Shown here piece by piece: positions 38,178 through 51,523 of a DNA stretch of 64,000 nt (position 1 is the stretch's first letter; every line of letters starts with the position of its first letter). Under the pieces are notes generated by a model. That model made no database searches. It was given only the letters and a program-made list of their open reading frames with translations, and was not told the origin of the DNA. A program made the position numbers and the translations under genes. This DNA comes from Vitrella brassicaformis CCMP3155 (lineage: Eukaryota > Protista > Chromerida): contig CDMY01000908.1 in NCBI GenBank assembly GCA_001179505.1, positions 124,001-188,000 of the forward strand, given 5' to 3'.

Positions 38178-39782
38178 ATGGGCGGCTTCACATTCAACAC
38201 GAAAGGCCTCTGGCAGAAAGAGTCCTACAAAGGCATGGGCAAGGACATCCTCATCGGATCTGCCGGATCTATGGTCATTTTCGGTCAGTGAACTCACAGC
38301 GGCTTCCTGTAGACAGAGTGCATTGCGCCTCTTCACAGCTGATTGTTTGTTCCCTCCCTCCCTGCGTGTGTGCGTGTGTGTGTGTGCGTGACGTGCAGGC
38401 TGTGGCGATGTGCTTGCGCAGCTGCTGGAGATGCAGCAGAAGGAGCGGCCCGCACTCATCCATCCGCCTCACAGCGGTATGCAGTCAGCTCATCATCATG
38501 CGCATGACAATGGCCGGCCATCTCTCGCCACACACACGGTGCAGAAGTCAATAGTCACCTCGCCCATCGTGTTGACACACACACACACACTTGGACTTGC
38601 AGATGCCGGCGTCTGGTCTGGACACGCAGCGTCTGGTGGTGGTGGCGAGTCAGGGGTGGATCCTCAACGGGGTCATGCTCACGCCCTTCTATAGAGTACT
38701 CGACATTCTCATCGGCGACACCATGAGCGGCAAATTCTTCCCGCGTGAGGGAGAAAGAGAGAGAGGCAAAGAGACTTTCTGTCTGTCTGTCTAGTGCTCA
38801 GCTGTGTGTTTCTGTGTGGTTCGTTGGTTGGCAGGCATTCCCATGAAGATCTTCCTGACAATGGTCCTTTACATGCCGGCATCCACCATGATGTTCTTCT
38901 TCCTCACGCCGTGCCTCGAGGTGCTCGCCGAGGCGGCCACAACCGCCACCCAGCAGCAGGACCAGCACCATGAGGGGGAGGAGAGTCTGATGCATCGGCT
39001 GCAGCAGAGTTTTGCCAAGGGCTGCGAGGAGGGATGGACCGGTGTGTCGCGGCACTTCGCGCAGACCTATGCGCTGGCGTGGCTCATCTGGCCCTTGACT
39101 GACTCGATCAACTTTCGGTTCATCCCTCTGACCTATCGGCCGTTGTGGGACAGCCTGGTGCGTCACGAATATGCCCACACCACATCGCCGATGCCTAACT
39201 CTCTCTTTCCCGTGTGTGTGTGTGTGTGTGTGTGCAGATCGACATAGTGTGGACGACCATACTCTCGAGAGCCAGTCACTCTGAGCCCAACGGCGGCCAA
39301 ACCGCCATGCCCCCCTCCTCCTCCCCCTCTCACTTCGATGTACCTCTCTACCGGTACGTAACGAATCGTGGTGTGGCTGTCTCTCTCGCAAACAATCACT
39401 TCTTTCGCCTGATATCCTCAGGTCTCCCGATGCAAAAATCGATGGCCGTCTCAAATCGCTGTCAGAGGTGCTGTCAGGTCTCGACCCCGAGCTGGCCCCC
39501 GAGCAACTGCGGCCGCCGCCCAGACATCCCCCACCTGACGAGAGGGAGGTTGTATTGGCCGATTTAGTGCACATTTCTGACCCCGCTGAGGTTGAGTTCG
39601 ACCCGCGGGAGGTGCCGAGGGGGTCGATGACGCGGGGTGGGCGGCTGGAGTGTGTGGGTGAGGGGTTGAGGTGTCCGCTGGAGGTGCACCAGAGGTGGGT
39701 GGATAATGTGCCTGCTGATGGTGATGGTGATAGTGATGATGCTGACGTCCATGGCGGCCAGGGGAAGAAAGGCGGGGAATAG
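38178..39782 (+). CDS. Mpv17/PMP22 family membrane protein with a C-terminal extension
   Basis: GCGDVLAQLLE, LDTQRLVVVASQGWILNG...FYRVLD, KIFLTMVLYMP, LAWLIWPLTDSINFRFIPLTYRPLWDSL|IDIVWTTILS. Confidence 0.85.
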
Positions 39783-40444
39783 CGAGGGGGGAAAGGGTGT
39801 GTGGCGTCCAATGAGGGCGAGAAAAGGCATGACGCATGATTGATGCAACTGACTGACTGACTGATTCGGGCGGGTGGAAGGACCAGACGGACAGACAGAG
39901 TGCCCTCCGGGATACACACTATCAGTTGGGAGACGGACCGGTCAGTCAAGAAGGCACTGCACACGCCACACCCACCACACCCACCACACCACTTCGATGC
40001 CCGCGGAGATGCGTGTGTGTGTGTGTGTCTGTCAAGCAAGCCCCATATATATGGTCGAATGACGGCCCAAAGAACATGCTGCCAGACAGACACCTTCCGG
40101 ACAAGTGCCTTGGCGAAGTTGGCTTTCGCCAGGGACCACCCGCGCCCTGAGTAGCCAAGGGAGGCGGCCTTCGAGTCTGTAAACGAAGGGCTGAAGAGCT
40201 GGTTGCGTTCGTTTGAGCGTTGTTGTCGTGAGAGAGCAACTCCGTACGTATATAGTGTCGTTGCAGTGCTCAGCAATGGGCAAAAGGTCGAACGACACGG
40301 TGAGAAAAGAAAAGACGTTCGATGTGACCTTGTTGTCCTGGATATGTATGGCACATTTGTCCTTCCCTGCGTTCACATACCGCCCCCCCATCCGCGATGA
40401 TTTGCGCAAGGTCACAAAGGACGACACCGCCGCGAGCGAGTAGT

Positions 40445-43400
40445 ATGGCTGATCAGCGAGAGAAGAAAGCTGAGGAGCGCCGCAGGTAAGACTGGTCGAC
40501 AGACCCAACTAAATTGCTGGTTATCGCCCTTATCCCTTCTAAATTGCTCCCTTGTACGTAGGCCGCTGAGAGGCCGCGACGGTGCTGCCGATGACAACGA
40601 TGACATGAATGACGGGCGGGGGTTGAGCATGGGCCGGCCGCGCAAGTAAACAAGCTTCTCGAGCTCGGACGCATCGATCAATCCATACACACACACATAC
40701 GAATGGATAATCTGCTGAGATGCTGTCTTCCTCCAATTGGTCTATGCAGCACACCATCGCCACCACCAGCAGCAGCAGCAGCAGCTGCAGCTGCAGCAGC
40801 GGTGCTTCCTCCCCTCGCGCACACGCCCATCCTCAATGCCAACAGTCCAGCAGCAGCAGCAGCGGCGGCTGAAGGGGGCGCCGAAAGCCCCAAGACGCCC
40901 AAAACACCCACAGACCAACACCACAAGTAAGTGGGCCGGGCCACCAGCTGGAGGGAAGGAGGGTGCATGGAGTTGTGTGGTGTGCATGTGTGTATCCTTC
41001 GTGGGTTTGTATCTTGTTCTCGTCTGTACGTTCGTACAGTGAACATGGCGGCCGACGTGACCTGCCGCTCGTTCAGATGGACACCGACCATCGGGAGCTC
41101 AAGGGCTGGCCACGGATCAGCCCACAGACGGTACCTTCAGGCACACATTCACACACACACACACACACACGTGTGTCATTCTCTCTCTCTCTCTCTCCGT
41201 GTGTGTTTGCGTGTGTCAGATGTTGGACGTGCTGAAGGGCGAGTACGGTGACGTGGTATCGGAGGGGTATATGGTGCTGGACGCTCGATGGACCGCCGAG
41301 TATGAAGGTATGTGTACATGCCGCATGGACAGACAGACACCCTCACACACACAGACAGAGAGAGAGAGAGAGAGAGAGACCACATGCGAAACGGCGTGTC
41401 TGTGCTGTGTGGTGTGTGTATGCCATTGCATTGGCCATGCAGGAGGGCACATTGAGGGGGCCATTCATGCATCGAGCAAGGAGACCGTCCGCGATGCCCT
41501 CTGGCACCCCGATGGCCGCCCCAAATACGGAAAACAACACGTAAGAAACGAACGCAGTCCATCCATCCATCCATCAATCTGTGTGCATCAAGTGACTGAC
41601 TGATGTGCTTATTAGTTACTCAATGTCTGTCTGTCTGTCTTCTCATCAATGAATCAGGTGGTGGTTCTGCACTGCGAGTTCTCGCAGGTCCGCGCCGTGG
41701 CCATGAAGACGGAGCTCGAGGAACTCGACGAGGACTCAGTAAGTACGCACAAATGAAATGGACGAATGATATAATGGCTGCAGGAACATTATTGCCGTAC
41801 ATTGATTACATTGGTATCTATCCCTCTCTCTCTCTCTCTCTCACTCTGTGTGTGTGTGTGTGTGTGTGCAGGACTACCCCTCCAAGTACATATTGGACGG
41901 CGGGTACAACAGCTTCTTCAGGCACCCCGGCGCGGTAAGCATGAGGCCATCCAACACATCTGTCTGTCTGTCAGCAGCGTGTGTACATGTGTGACGTATG
42001 TGTGTGTGTGCAGAGCTGCCACTGTCACCCCTGTGACTACCTGTCGGAGCAGTGGCTGACCGGCGACGCCAGACGCCGAGCTGAGGAGGAGAAGAAGGTC
42101 CGCTTCCCCGAGCTCTACAAGAACAGGACCCGCCTCGCAAACGGCCCGCCCAAGTTCGAGTGTGGAGAAGCGGAGGAGGCCCCACCAGGCGAGCCAGCCC
42201 CAGCCCCAGCGGCCGCCGCCGCAGCCGCCGCCGCCGCCGCAGCAGCTGCCGTCGTATTCGATTCTGAGGATGAGGTAACACCCACACCCCCACCTGTCCA
42301 CACCCACTTGGGTGTGTGTGTGTGCGTGTGTGTGTGTGTGTGTATGTAGGATTTGTCAGAGGTGCCAGAGGGTAGCGAGATGATCGGCATGCGGTTCAGC
42401 TTCATCGGCAGCTTCAGCAACCCCAAGAAGCCATACCTCATCAAAAAAGTCGAGCAGCACGGCGGAGAAATAGAGTAAGCACCCTTAGCACCCACCGCCC
42501 CCCCACCAACACACACACACATTCATCCATCCATCTGTGGGTATGTCTGTTGTTTCCTTCCACCCCCCCCACCCGCACACACACACACACGCAGGGAGAA
42601 GATGTGTGGCGCCTCTGTGACTCATCTGGTTGCCGCGAGCCGTGCCTCGTCCAAGACGGCCCGGTGGAAGGAGGCCCAGGACCTCGACATACCCATCGTA
42701 GTGGTAGGCACACAACCACATCTAGCCTTCCGACACGAGAGATGCCTCTGTGCTGGCTGGCTACCTGTCCGTCAGTCTGAGTTTGTGCTGGCGCTGGCCC
42801 TCCGCAACCCCGTCCCCCCTGGCGCCAAGGCATCGCCCGCCAAGAAGCGCAAAGCCAAGCCCAAAGGTGCTACAGCACAGCACCACCACAACCACCACCC
42901 ACCCCCTGCATCTTCTCATGTGGCTCTCATCTCATTCTCACCGCTCAGCGCGGCGTGCGTCTGTCCGCAAGGCTGCTCGGAAGGGCAAGCCCGGCCGCCG
43001 TGGTGGTCGTCCCGGTCGCAAGAATGTCGTCGCCGAGGACGATGACGATGACGAGGCGATGGCGGCGGCGGCAGCGGCAGCGGCCAAGGACGATGAGGAG
43101 GAGGAGGACGAGGTGAGACGGGGCGGCTGGGATGGAATGCGGTGGGACGGCATGCCATTCTTCATTGATGCCGACTGTCAGGATGAGGAGGATGACGACG
43201 ATGACGAGGAGGAGGATCCCAAAGCCAAGGTCGGGGGATGGGATGGAAGGGTCGGGGCGGACTTTGGTCTGTCCATGCTCGCATGGCATGCCTTCTCGGT
43301 GTGTGTGGTGTGGTGTGTGTGTGGTGAATGGTGCAGGGCATCCTGCTGCGGCAGCGCAAGTACCTGCAGCCGTACCTTCTCGGCGGAGGACACGGCGACA

Positions 43401-43618
43401 AATTGGGCAGAGTCAAGGTACGTACACACACACGCAGAGAGAGAGGGAGAGGGCGAGAGAGAGGGAGAGAACTGCATGTATGTGCGTGTCTGTCTGTGTG
43501 TCTGTTCCCCCACTTACTGTAGGATTTGCTGGCTGACGAGGACATGCAGGGGGAGGGGGAGGCAGCAGGTGCTGCTGCCGCTGCTGATGCCGCCGCGTCG
43601 TCATCTCTGGCTCTGTAA
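40445..43618 (+). CDS. Cdc25-like rhodanese-fold phosphatase fused to a BRCT domain, with basic and acidic tails
   Basis: LDARWTAEYE|GGHIEGAIH, VLHCEFSQVRA (CX5R, Cys codon 41673-41675), YILDGGYNSFF, HPCDYLSE. Then BRCT: GMRFSFIGSF...LIKKVEQHGGEI...SVTHLVAAS...WKEAQDLDIPIVV|SEFV. Confidence 0.85.
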
Positions 43619-44403
43619 GATCGAGAGACCGACAGACACTCAGACACTCAGACACACAGAGACAGACAGATTGTCACATGTCGCCCGCACCATGTGCACA
43701 TCCCATGTGAGTATTTGTGACAGATTTTGACGTGTCCATCATGAATACATTTCATGTGTTGTCGCTCGCAGTCAATCACTCACACCTGCCTGCCACCCAA
43801 ACACACCCACACGTGTCTAGCTACACAAAGTCTCACCTCGACAACAGTACAAAGCGTATGCAACCAGCCCACCAATGACCTGCTTTGTCATTGAATGACA
43901 CCTGCATTCGCTACCTGCATGCTGTGTCCCATATCATCCCGCGACTTACAAAAGGCAGCAGGCTGCATGTGTGGGTGTGTGGGTGTCTGTCTCCATGTAA
44001 GTAGTATTTTGTCATGTAAGTAGTAGGTGTCAACAGTTCAGCAGTGCCTTTTTGCGTTTGCGTGTCCCATCCGATGCGCCAGTCATCTGTCAGATGCTTG
44101 CACACACACACTTACGTGAGTGAGTGAGTGAGTGAGGGAGGGAGGGACGATGAGAGGCTGCGGGTCGACTCGACAGGCAGGACGGCAAGGCGGCAAGGCA
44201 GAGACAGACAGGGCGGGGTTGGGCAGCCCGGCCGCTCTACCCTACAGAGATCGGCAGACTTTTGCCTTCATGCATTGCGATGCATTGTATCAGTTGTACT
44301 CTGCTCGCCTCTCCATCTCATCCACGTCTGTCTGTCTGTCGATGTGTGTTAAATGCATTCATTGCCCATGGATTTATTATAAGTGGCAAGTGTGTGTGTG
44401 TGT

Positions 44404-44996
44404 GCGTTTGTGTATGTGCGTCGGGGGTGTGTCCGGCGGGTGAGGAGAGAAACCCCCCCGGCGCCCTTTTTCGCGACGAGTAGGCCGCGATAGGTCAGTA
44501 AGGAGGGTGACTGGCCGGCCGAAAGTGGCAAGGAGGGCAAGGGCACTGTACAGACCTAATATGCGTGTGTGCTGTCTTGTGTGTTGTGTGAGTGTGTGTC
44601 GAGTCGATGTGTCCACTCGTGCTCGCTCGACTCACTACCTGTCTGTCCCATGTGTTGTTGCAATGCGTTGGGTGGACGGAGATAGGCTGCCGATTTTGAA
44701 TCCAAAGTGAATTCTGAAGACATCCAACAATCGGTCACCCACCCAACACTGAGTAGTCGAATGCATCAATGCATTGACAGCGACGTGTCAATCCATTCAA
44801 GCCTCCATCCGTCATGCCTCCTCTTCGTCGGCGCCGTGCTCCTCGTCCATGGCCTCGCCCTGCATGGCCTCCGAAGCGTCGCCCAGCTCGAGTGGGTCCT
44901 CCATCTCATACACGGACAGGTCGAGCAGCAGGCCGCTCTCGTCCGTCCACTCCTGAGACAGCAACGGCTCGTACACACGAGAACCCCTGATATCCA

Positions 44997-45032
<36 letters not shown>

Positions 45033-45070
45033 CGGTGGATGTGGGCGGGTGTGTGTGTTGTGTCTCTCTA
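44404..45070. repeat. Near-identical duplicate of 45371-~46040 (terminal exon and 3' flank of the EF-hand gene) across a gap
   Basis: About 670 bp at offset 967, with a few SNPs and a 4-nt (AG)n length difference. Confidence 0.9.
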
Positions 45071-45778
45071 NNNNNNNNNNNNNNNNNNNNNNNNNNNNNN
45101 NNNNNNNNNNNNNNNNNNNNNNNNNNNNNNNNNNNNNNNNNNNNNNNNNNNNNNNNNNNNNNNNNNNNNNNNNNNNNNNNNNNNNNNNNNNNNNNNNNNN
45201 NNNNNNNNNNNNNNNNNNNNNNNNNNNNNNNNNNNNNNNNNNNNNNNNNNNNNNNNNNNNNNNNNNNNNNNNNNNNNNNNNNNNNNNNNNNNNNNNNNNN
45301 NNNNNNNNNNNNNNNNNNNNNNNNNNNNNNNNNNNNNNNNNNNNNNNNNNNNNNNNNNNNNNNNNNNNNNGCGTTTGTGTATGTGCGTCGGGGGTGTGTC
45401 CGGCGGGTGAGGAGAGAAACCCCCCCGGCGCCCTTTTTCGCGACGAGTAGGCCGCGATAGGTCAGTAAGGAGGGTGACTGGCCGGCCGAAAGTGGCAAGG
45501 AGGGCAAGGGCACTGTACAGACCTAATATGCGTGTGTGCTGTCTTGTGTGTTGTGTGAGTGTGTGTCGAGTCGATGTGTCCACTCGTGCTCGCTCGACTC
45601 ACTACCTGTCTGTCCCATGTGTTGTTGCAATGCGTTGGGTGGACGGAGATAGGCTGCCGATTTTGAATCCAAAGTGAATTCTGAAGACATCCAACAATCG
45701 GTCACCCACCCAACACTGAGTAGTCGAATGCATCAATGCATTGACAGCGACGTGTCAATCCATTCAAGCCTCCATCCG

Positions 45779-45963
45779 TCATGCCTCCTCTTCGTCGGCG
45801 CCGTGCTCGTCGTCCATGGCCTCGCCCTGCATGGCCTCGGAAGCGTCGCCCAGCTCGAGTGGGTCCTCCATCTCATACACGGACAGGTCGAGCAGCAGGC
45901 CGCTCTCATCCGTCCACTCCTGAGACAGCAACGGCTCGTACACACGAGAACCCCTGATATCCA

Positions 45964-46003
<40 letters not shown>

Positions 46004-48745
46004 CGGTGGATCTGGGCGGGTGTGTGTGTTGTGTCTCTTTATCCCCCCTCAGTCAGTGTGTGGTGCGTGTGTTAATTCCTGAGTTCGAGAATGATGGGTA
46101 TCCATGTCTTGACGTGCTCGACGTAGGCTATCTCGTTGGCGTCGTCGATCACCGCCTGCACACACACGACGGCGTCGATGGATGTGTGTGGTCAATCCAC
46201 TCTCTCTTCCCCGCCTGTTTGTCTGTGTACCTCAGCCACGAACCCTCTGACTTCTGCATCGGAGAGCTGGCACTGCGTCACCACCTCCTGGAACCTGCAA
46301 AGAGAGGCCGTACACACATACATGCAACCAACCGTACACACACAACAATGTCTGTGTTCTTCTGTGTGTCTGTCGTGGCTGCCATGCCTTGCATTTGCGT
46401 CCTCTCCCTTGCGCAGCGCCAGCAGCAGCTGACCCACATCAATCGTGCCTGCACCACGCAGAGGGAGACTGTACATTCCTGTGGTATGATGTCTCGTGTG
46501 CCGACACTCGCACCTCTGTGTTTCTCGTCTAGCACGTTGAACAAGTGGATGAGGTTCTTTTCGACCGTCTCCCTGTCAGGAGCAGCCCCCTACACCCACA
46601 CACACATACACCAGACCCGTGGATGTCCCCCCTACTTTGACAATCCTCTCGCACAGACACACTGACCCGTTCCTCGTCGCTCTCTTCGTCTTCCTCCACG
46701 TGTCGTGACTTCAGCCGCACGCCCCCCGTCAGCCCCTGCAGCTCCTCCAACTCAGCACGCTCCTGCTCGTCAGCCTTCTCCCTGGCTATCTGGTCAGCCA
46801 ACTCGCGGAATCGCTGTGTGTCGAACAGCTGGCTGATGGCCGTGCACGCCACGCGGAGGAAGGAGCGGCAGTCGACTTGGCCATAGGGGTCGGGCATCAG
46901 AATCGACAACAGCACCTGTGCATGTGTGGGTGGGTGCAGGGTGAGGAGCACCACGCGTCTTTGTGTGTGGACTTATGGGAGATTGTGTGTGTGTGCCTAC
47001 GTGTATTTGGATTCTGGAGAGGCAGAGCTGTGATGCGTTGAAGAGGATGTCGCGAATGGTCCAGATCGGCAGTTTGAAGTCATAGGTCACCTGAGACTGC
47101 AGGGGACGACCAGACAGGTAGAGAGACGTGCACATGAGACACGCGAACACACAGGCAGTTTGTACGCACCTTCCTGATGAGCTGCACGAGGTGGTGCCTG
47201 AGGCCCCGCAGGTCCGTCTCAACTAACGCATTGTGGAACGCATCACGCCTGACGAGACAAGTGCATCCATCCATCCATCCACCGACTCCGTGTATGTTGA
47301 TTGATCTGCATGGCTACCTGAGTTTCTGCAGCTGTCCGAAAATGCCACTGTACGGCATTCGTCCGTCTTCCTCCTCCTCGACCATCTGCATCAACATCGC
47401 CACCTCCTGCGGACTGAACCTGCATAAAAAGGGAGCGGAGCTGGGTCTCTGGTGGGTGCTTTCCGTGAGGTGAATATCTACTCACCTGTCGCTTCTCTGT
47501 TCGATGCATTGCCTGAACTCGTGTCTCGTCAGCATTCCCGTGCCAGCACTGTCAACATTGCGAAACGACTCCTCTATTAACCTAAAGATGAACAGTCACC
47601 CACAGCATAAACACGCAGCGGAGACAAGGGGTCGCTCTTTCTGCTGTTCTACCTTACCTGGTGGTCTCCTCAAGCTCTTGTCCAAAGCACAGTATGATGG
47701 CCTCGTCTGTGACCTCGGCCGCAGGCAGTCCGCGAGACTCATACGCCTCGCGACGTTCCTGCAAAGCTGAGATGACCATTGGGGCCGCCTGATGGGTCGA
47801 TGGATGGATGGATGGCATGTATATGGCAATATCCAACACGAGCTTGCTTGTCAACTTGCTTACTTCAACGAAAGGGAGGTAGTCGATGTATCCGTCGGCG
47901 TTTTCCATGGTAGTTGTCAGCAGCAGACGAATGTCCCAGTCGGTCAGGCCAAGAGGCGTCGCGTACAAGAGCTCACTCACCTCCTTGTGACTCAACAGAC
48001 CTGAAGGAAGCACATGAGTGCATGAGTGCATGAGTGCATGCAGTGCACCCAGTAGAAAACTGCTTGCCTTCGTCTTCTTCATCGGCTGCATCGAATATAT
48101 TGGTGAGCAGCTCCTCCAGCGGCATCGACGGCTGAGACGTCAGCCGGCTGTCGCGGCGAGAGGCCGCCTCGGCTGCCTCGCCTACAGCCGCAGCGGCAGC
48201 AGCCGCCTCCCTCTCTCTTTCCCTCTCCCTCTCCTCTCTGATCGCCTCCGCCTCAATGGCGGCCTCTCTGGGCGATATCTCCGCCTCTTCTTCTGGTGGC
48301 GCCTCGGGCTCTACGTCTGGCGGAGGGACCAAGCGAGACTGCTCGAAGCTGCAAAGAATGGAAACGAGAACGGTTAATGCTCTCTCGTCTCCATCTATCT
48401 ATACGCTGTCGAGAGGTCTCGCAGCTTTCGCACTTTCAGCTTGTCCCGGATCAGCCTGAATGGATGGGGCAGGGCAGTCGATGCACACAACACACATCCT
48501 GATTGAGTGTAGGCAGAGCCACCACACCTGTCAATCCAGACTTCGAATTTGCCCTTTGCCAGGGTGCCGTGGGGGTCGTGAACGAGTGTCTCGTTCTCGA
48601 AGCGATATGTGAGGTGCGGCTCCTCGTGGACGCCCGGCAGGGGTGACGAGTCGAAGATGAGTGTGAAGAAGACACGCACAACGGCCACGGGGACGGGGCA
48701 ATGAGGCTCCGGCAGACTGAATATCACCTCATACCTGCACACACA

Positions 48746-48786
<41 letters not shown>

Positions 48787-49028
48787 GACACGTGTTGAGC
48801 CGACGAGTGTCCATGAAGATGCATTACATGAGTCTGGTGCCGTCGAGGTGCTCGCCGAGGAAATGAACACGATGCATGTACCTGAGGGAATGAAGTGAAT
48901 GGATGCAATGAGCGGTTTGTTCATCCGTCCCCATTGCGTTGCGCGTGTTCATGGTGTGCTTACTTATGTGACCAGTCCTTGACACACTGCCGCACCACAT
49001 CCTCTCCTCCCTTGATCCGCTCCTCCAT
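45779..49028 (-). CDS. AKAP28 (AKAP14-like) domain plus multiple EF-hand protein, probably axonemal
   Basis: MEERIKGGEDVVRQCVKDWSHK|YMHRVHFLGEHLDGTRLM|YEVIFSLPEPHCPVPVAVVRVFFTL...TYRFENETLVHDPHG...FEVWIDR|LIRDKL resembles the AKAP28 domain. EF-like loops include DAADEEDE|GLLSHKE, ENADGYIDYLPF, DSAGTGMLTRHEF, EEEEDGRMPY and DPYGQVDCRSF. Confidence 0.7.
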
Positions 49029-49463
49029 CCTTATCGTCGAAACAAGGAACCTTCAGCTCCAAGTGGGGCCGCGAAGTTCCCGAAGGCTCGTGACCGCGGA
49101 GAGCTCTTTCCTTTGCAAATGGCCTTCAATTGTTAAGGTGGGTGGTGTGGCGGTTTTTCTCTTGTTTTCGAGAACGGACTGCGCGCTAAGCTCGCAAGTC
49201 GAGTTGGCGATCCAAGCGATCCTTTTCCTCCTCGCTGTTCGACGATGAGGAAATGTTTTCTTTATCGAACAGCCTTCGGACAGGCAGCCCCATTCATTAC
49301 ATGGTGACGCGCATTTCATTTGTCTTCACATCAAGGATGCATGGGATGTGTGGGTCTCATTCATGCCATGAACGCATCCATCAGCAGTCAGCAACTGGCG
49401 TGCAACGCCCCCAATCGATCACCAAAGGACTCGATCAGGACAAGATCAACCTCTCCCGCCCTG

Positions 49464-49586
49464 GCGGACTGCACAACATGTACGCATCCAGGCAGGCTCA
49501 TGCCATGTACAGACAGTATCCATGTGTGTGTGTGTGGTGTGGTGGACACCCCGGCCACGTCAGCACACACGCCCCTCCCTCCGCAT
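49464..49586 (+). repeat. Left copy of a ~120-bp inverted repeat (partner 55154-55266)
   Basis: cgcatccaggcaggctcatgccatgtacag...gtatcc...ggtgtggtggacacc...ggccac...cagcacac...ctccctccgcatc aligns to the reverse complement of 55154-55266 with scattered mismatches and small indels. Confidence 0.85.
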
Positions 49587-49816
49587 CTATCAACCTATAT
49601 ATGTGCAAAGAAAGACACGTGCCCATTGACTGAGCTATCTTATCCCCCACACACCACACGCACAGCTGCTGTCTTTATACGCACCCGAAAGCATCTATCT
49701 ACACCCACTCACTGCACTGACTGGCCTTGGTCGGTCAACCTGGCTGGCTTTCGTCCAACGCATCCCCCACCGTCCCTGCCTGTGTATGTGTGATATGCAC
49801 ACTCTCCACTCTTTGG

Positions 49817-51317
49817 CTATCCGCCCGCTGCGGTCTTCCTGACAATGATGAGATGGCAGTACTGCTGCCGCAGACCTGACGCACCAACACCCGCCCCGTC
49901 CACACTCCCACCTCCCTGCTTTAGAGTGTCGGCAGCCGGTGGTGGTGGTGGTGGTGACGGCTCAGCCGTCGCACAGCCATCTGATGGCATCGGTGGCGGA
50001 CCGACACTGCAACCATCATCTCTGCGCCGGCTGTTGTCATCTGCAGACGTGGTCGAGAGGCCGCCTGGTGCTGTGGGCTGCTGTTGCTCTTCTTGTTGTC
50101 TTCGGAGGGCCGGGCGGATGCCTGATGGACAGATCGACAGATCGGAAGACAGACATACGGGAATGACCATGGATGGACGGATGGATGGTTTCTTGGCCCA
50201 GCCCAGCAGCACCATACGTGCAAATAAGCGTCTCAGCAGCTTCCGACGCATCGCTGTCCGATACTCCTGCACAGACAGACCAAGAGCATACCATAGATGC
50301 ATTCATCACGTCACGTCACGTGTGCCGTCTGTCCGTCTGTCTGTTTAGAACAATTAATGCATGCGCTGCGCTCGTCTCACTCTCACCTCACCTCGCCAGC
50401 CTCCTTAAGGATATGTCCATTCTCCGGCAGGAAGGCTTCCCTCAGCGGCCTGGGGTGCACCTTGGACCTGAGGATGTTGATGAACTCGGCCATATCGTTG
50501 AGCTCCACCTCACACGCGTACACCAACTCCCACTGATGAGAGGGAAAGTGCGCCTGCCGGCGGGGCCAGCCGCTGTGGGATATCAGGTAGAACAGACCGC
50601 CGCACCTGCATGCCGCACATGAGACGAGATAGAGGGGTTCGTACGCGTCTGTCTGTTGGTTTGCATATATCTGAGTGGTCAGCTCAGCTGGTCTCACCGG
50701 AGCACACGGCTGATCTCAGCGACCATCAGGGCGGTGGATGGTGTGCTGGCAAACTCACTCCTATTCCCATCGCCACACGAGAGAGCATCAAACGTGCCTG
50801 AACACACAACACACACACACACACACACACATATAAAGTACCATGTGGATGGAATGGCAGCACTTTTGTTGCCTCATGCACTCTCTCTGCGGACTCTCAC
50901 CTTTATCGATGGCGATGTCGAACACACCATTCCTCAGTGCCATGTGTGTGGCGTCCATGGTCACCCAGGCCATGCCGTGCGCATCTTTCTGCTTCATCAA
51001 GCGGATGACGCTGGGCGATATGTCGACGTTGGTCACATTTCTGTAGCCATCGGCCGCCATCTCACTGGATAGCTGCGAATTGCCGCACCCCACCTGTGCC
51101 GGAGAGAGGCATTTTAGGGCGGTGCATGAGTTGCGAAGCCTCCTTTGTGCTTATCTGTTCTTACCATAAGGATGCCTGCATTTTTGTCTGGCGAGTGCCT
51201 GTGGAAGTGCTCTTTCAGCTCTCGATAGGCGCAATACCAATCAAAGGCCTCGCCGCCGCTCTGAGATCCGAATCGGTCCTCCCAGAATGATGCATCTGCA
51301 TAATGCCGCACGCTCAT
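49817..51317 (-). CDS. Class I SAM-dependent methyltransferase, EEF1AKMT4/METTL13-N-like
   Basis: HYADASFWEDRF...EAFDWY, ILM|VGCGNSQLSSEMAADGYRNVTNVDISPSVI, TMDATHM...FDIAIDK|GTFDAL, EISRVL|RCGGLFYLIS, C-terminal QYCHLIIVRK. Confidence 0.88.
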
Positions 51318-51523
51318 GCACTCCGATCACCCTCTCTGCTGCAGATCTGCGCGTTGGCGGAACGGAACCCATGCAAACGCCTTTTTGCCTTCCAAATTTT
51401 TCCACCTCGCGCAGCTTTTCACGAAGCACCCTAACCTCCTTTCTTCTGCGAGCTCAAGCTCGCAAGCCAGTGGCGCCTTGCGTCTCGCTTTTCCACGCTA
51501 TATTCCCACCTTATCTGAGCGAG

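Noticed and set aside
38798-40354. 518-aa minus-strand ORF
   Set aside because: It is antisense to Mpv17 exons and introns, translates microsatellites (HTHTHT) and has no domain; a shadow ORF of GC-rich DNA.
49817-51317. Methyltransferase next to mysC as the MysB O-methyltransferase
   Set aside because: Motifs (Y....FW..RF, FDWY, VGCGNS, DKGT.DAL) are EEF1AKMT4/METTL13-like, not catechol-OMT/MysB-like.
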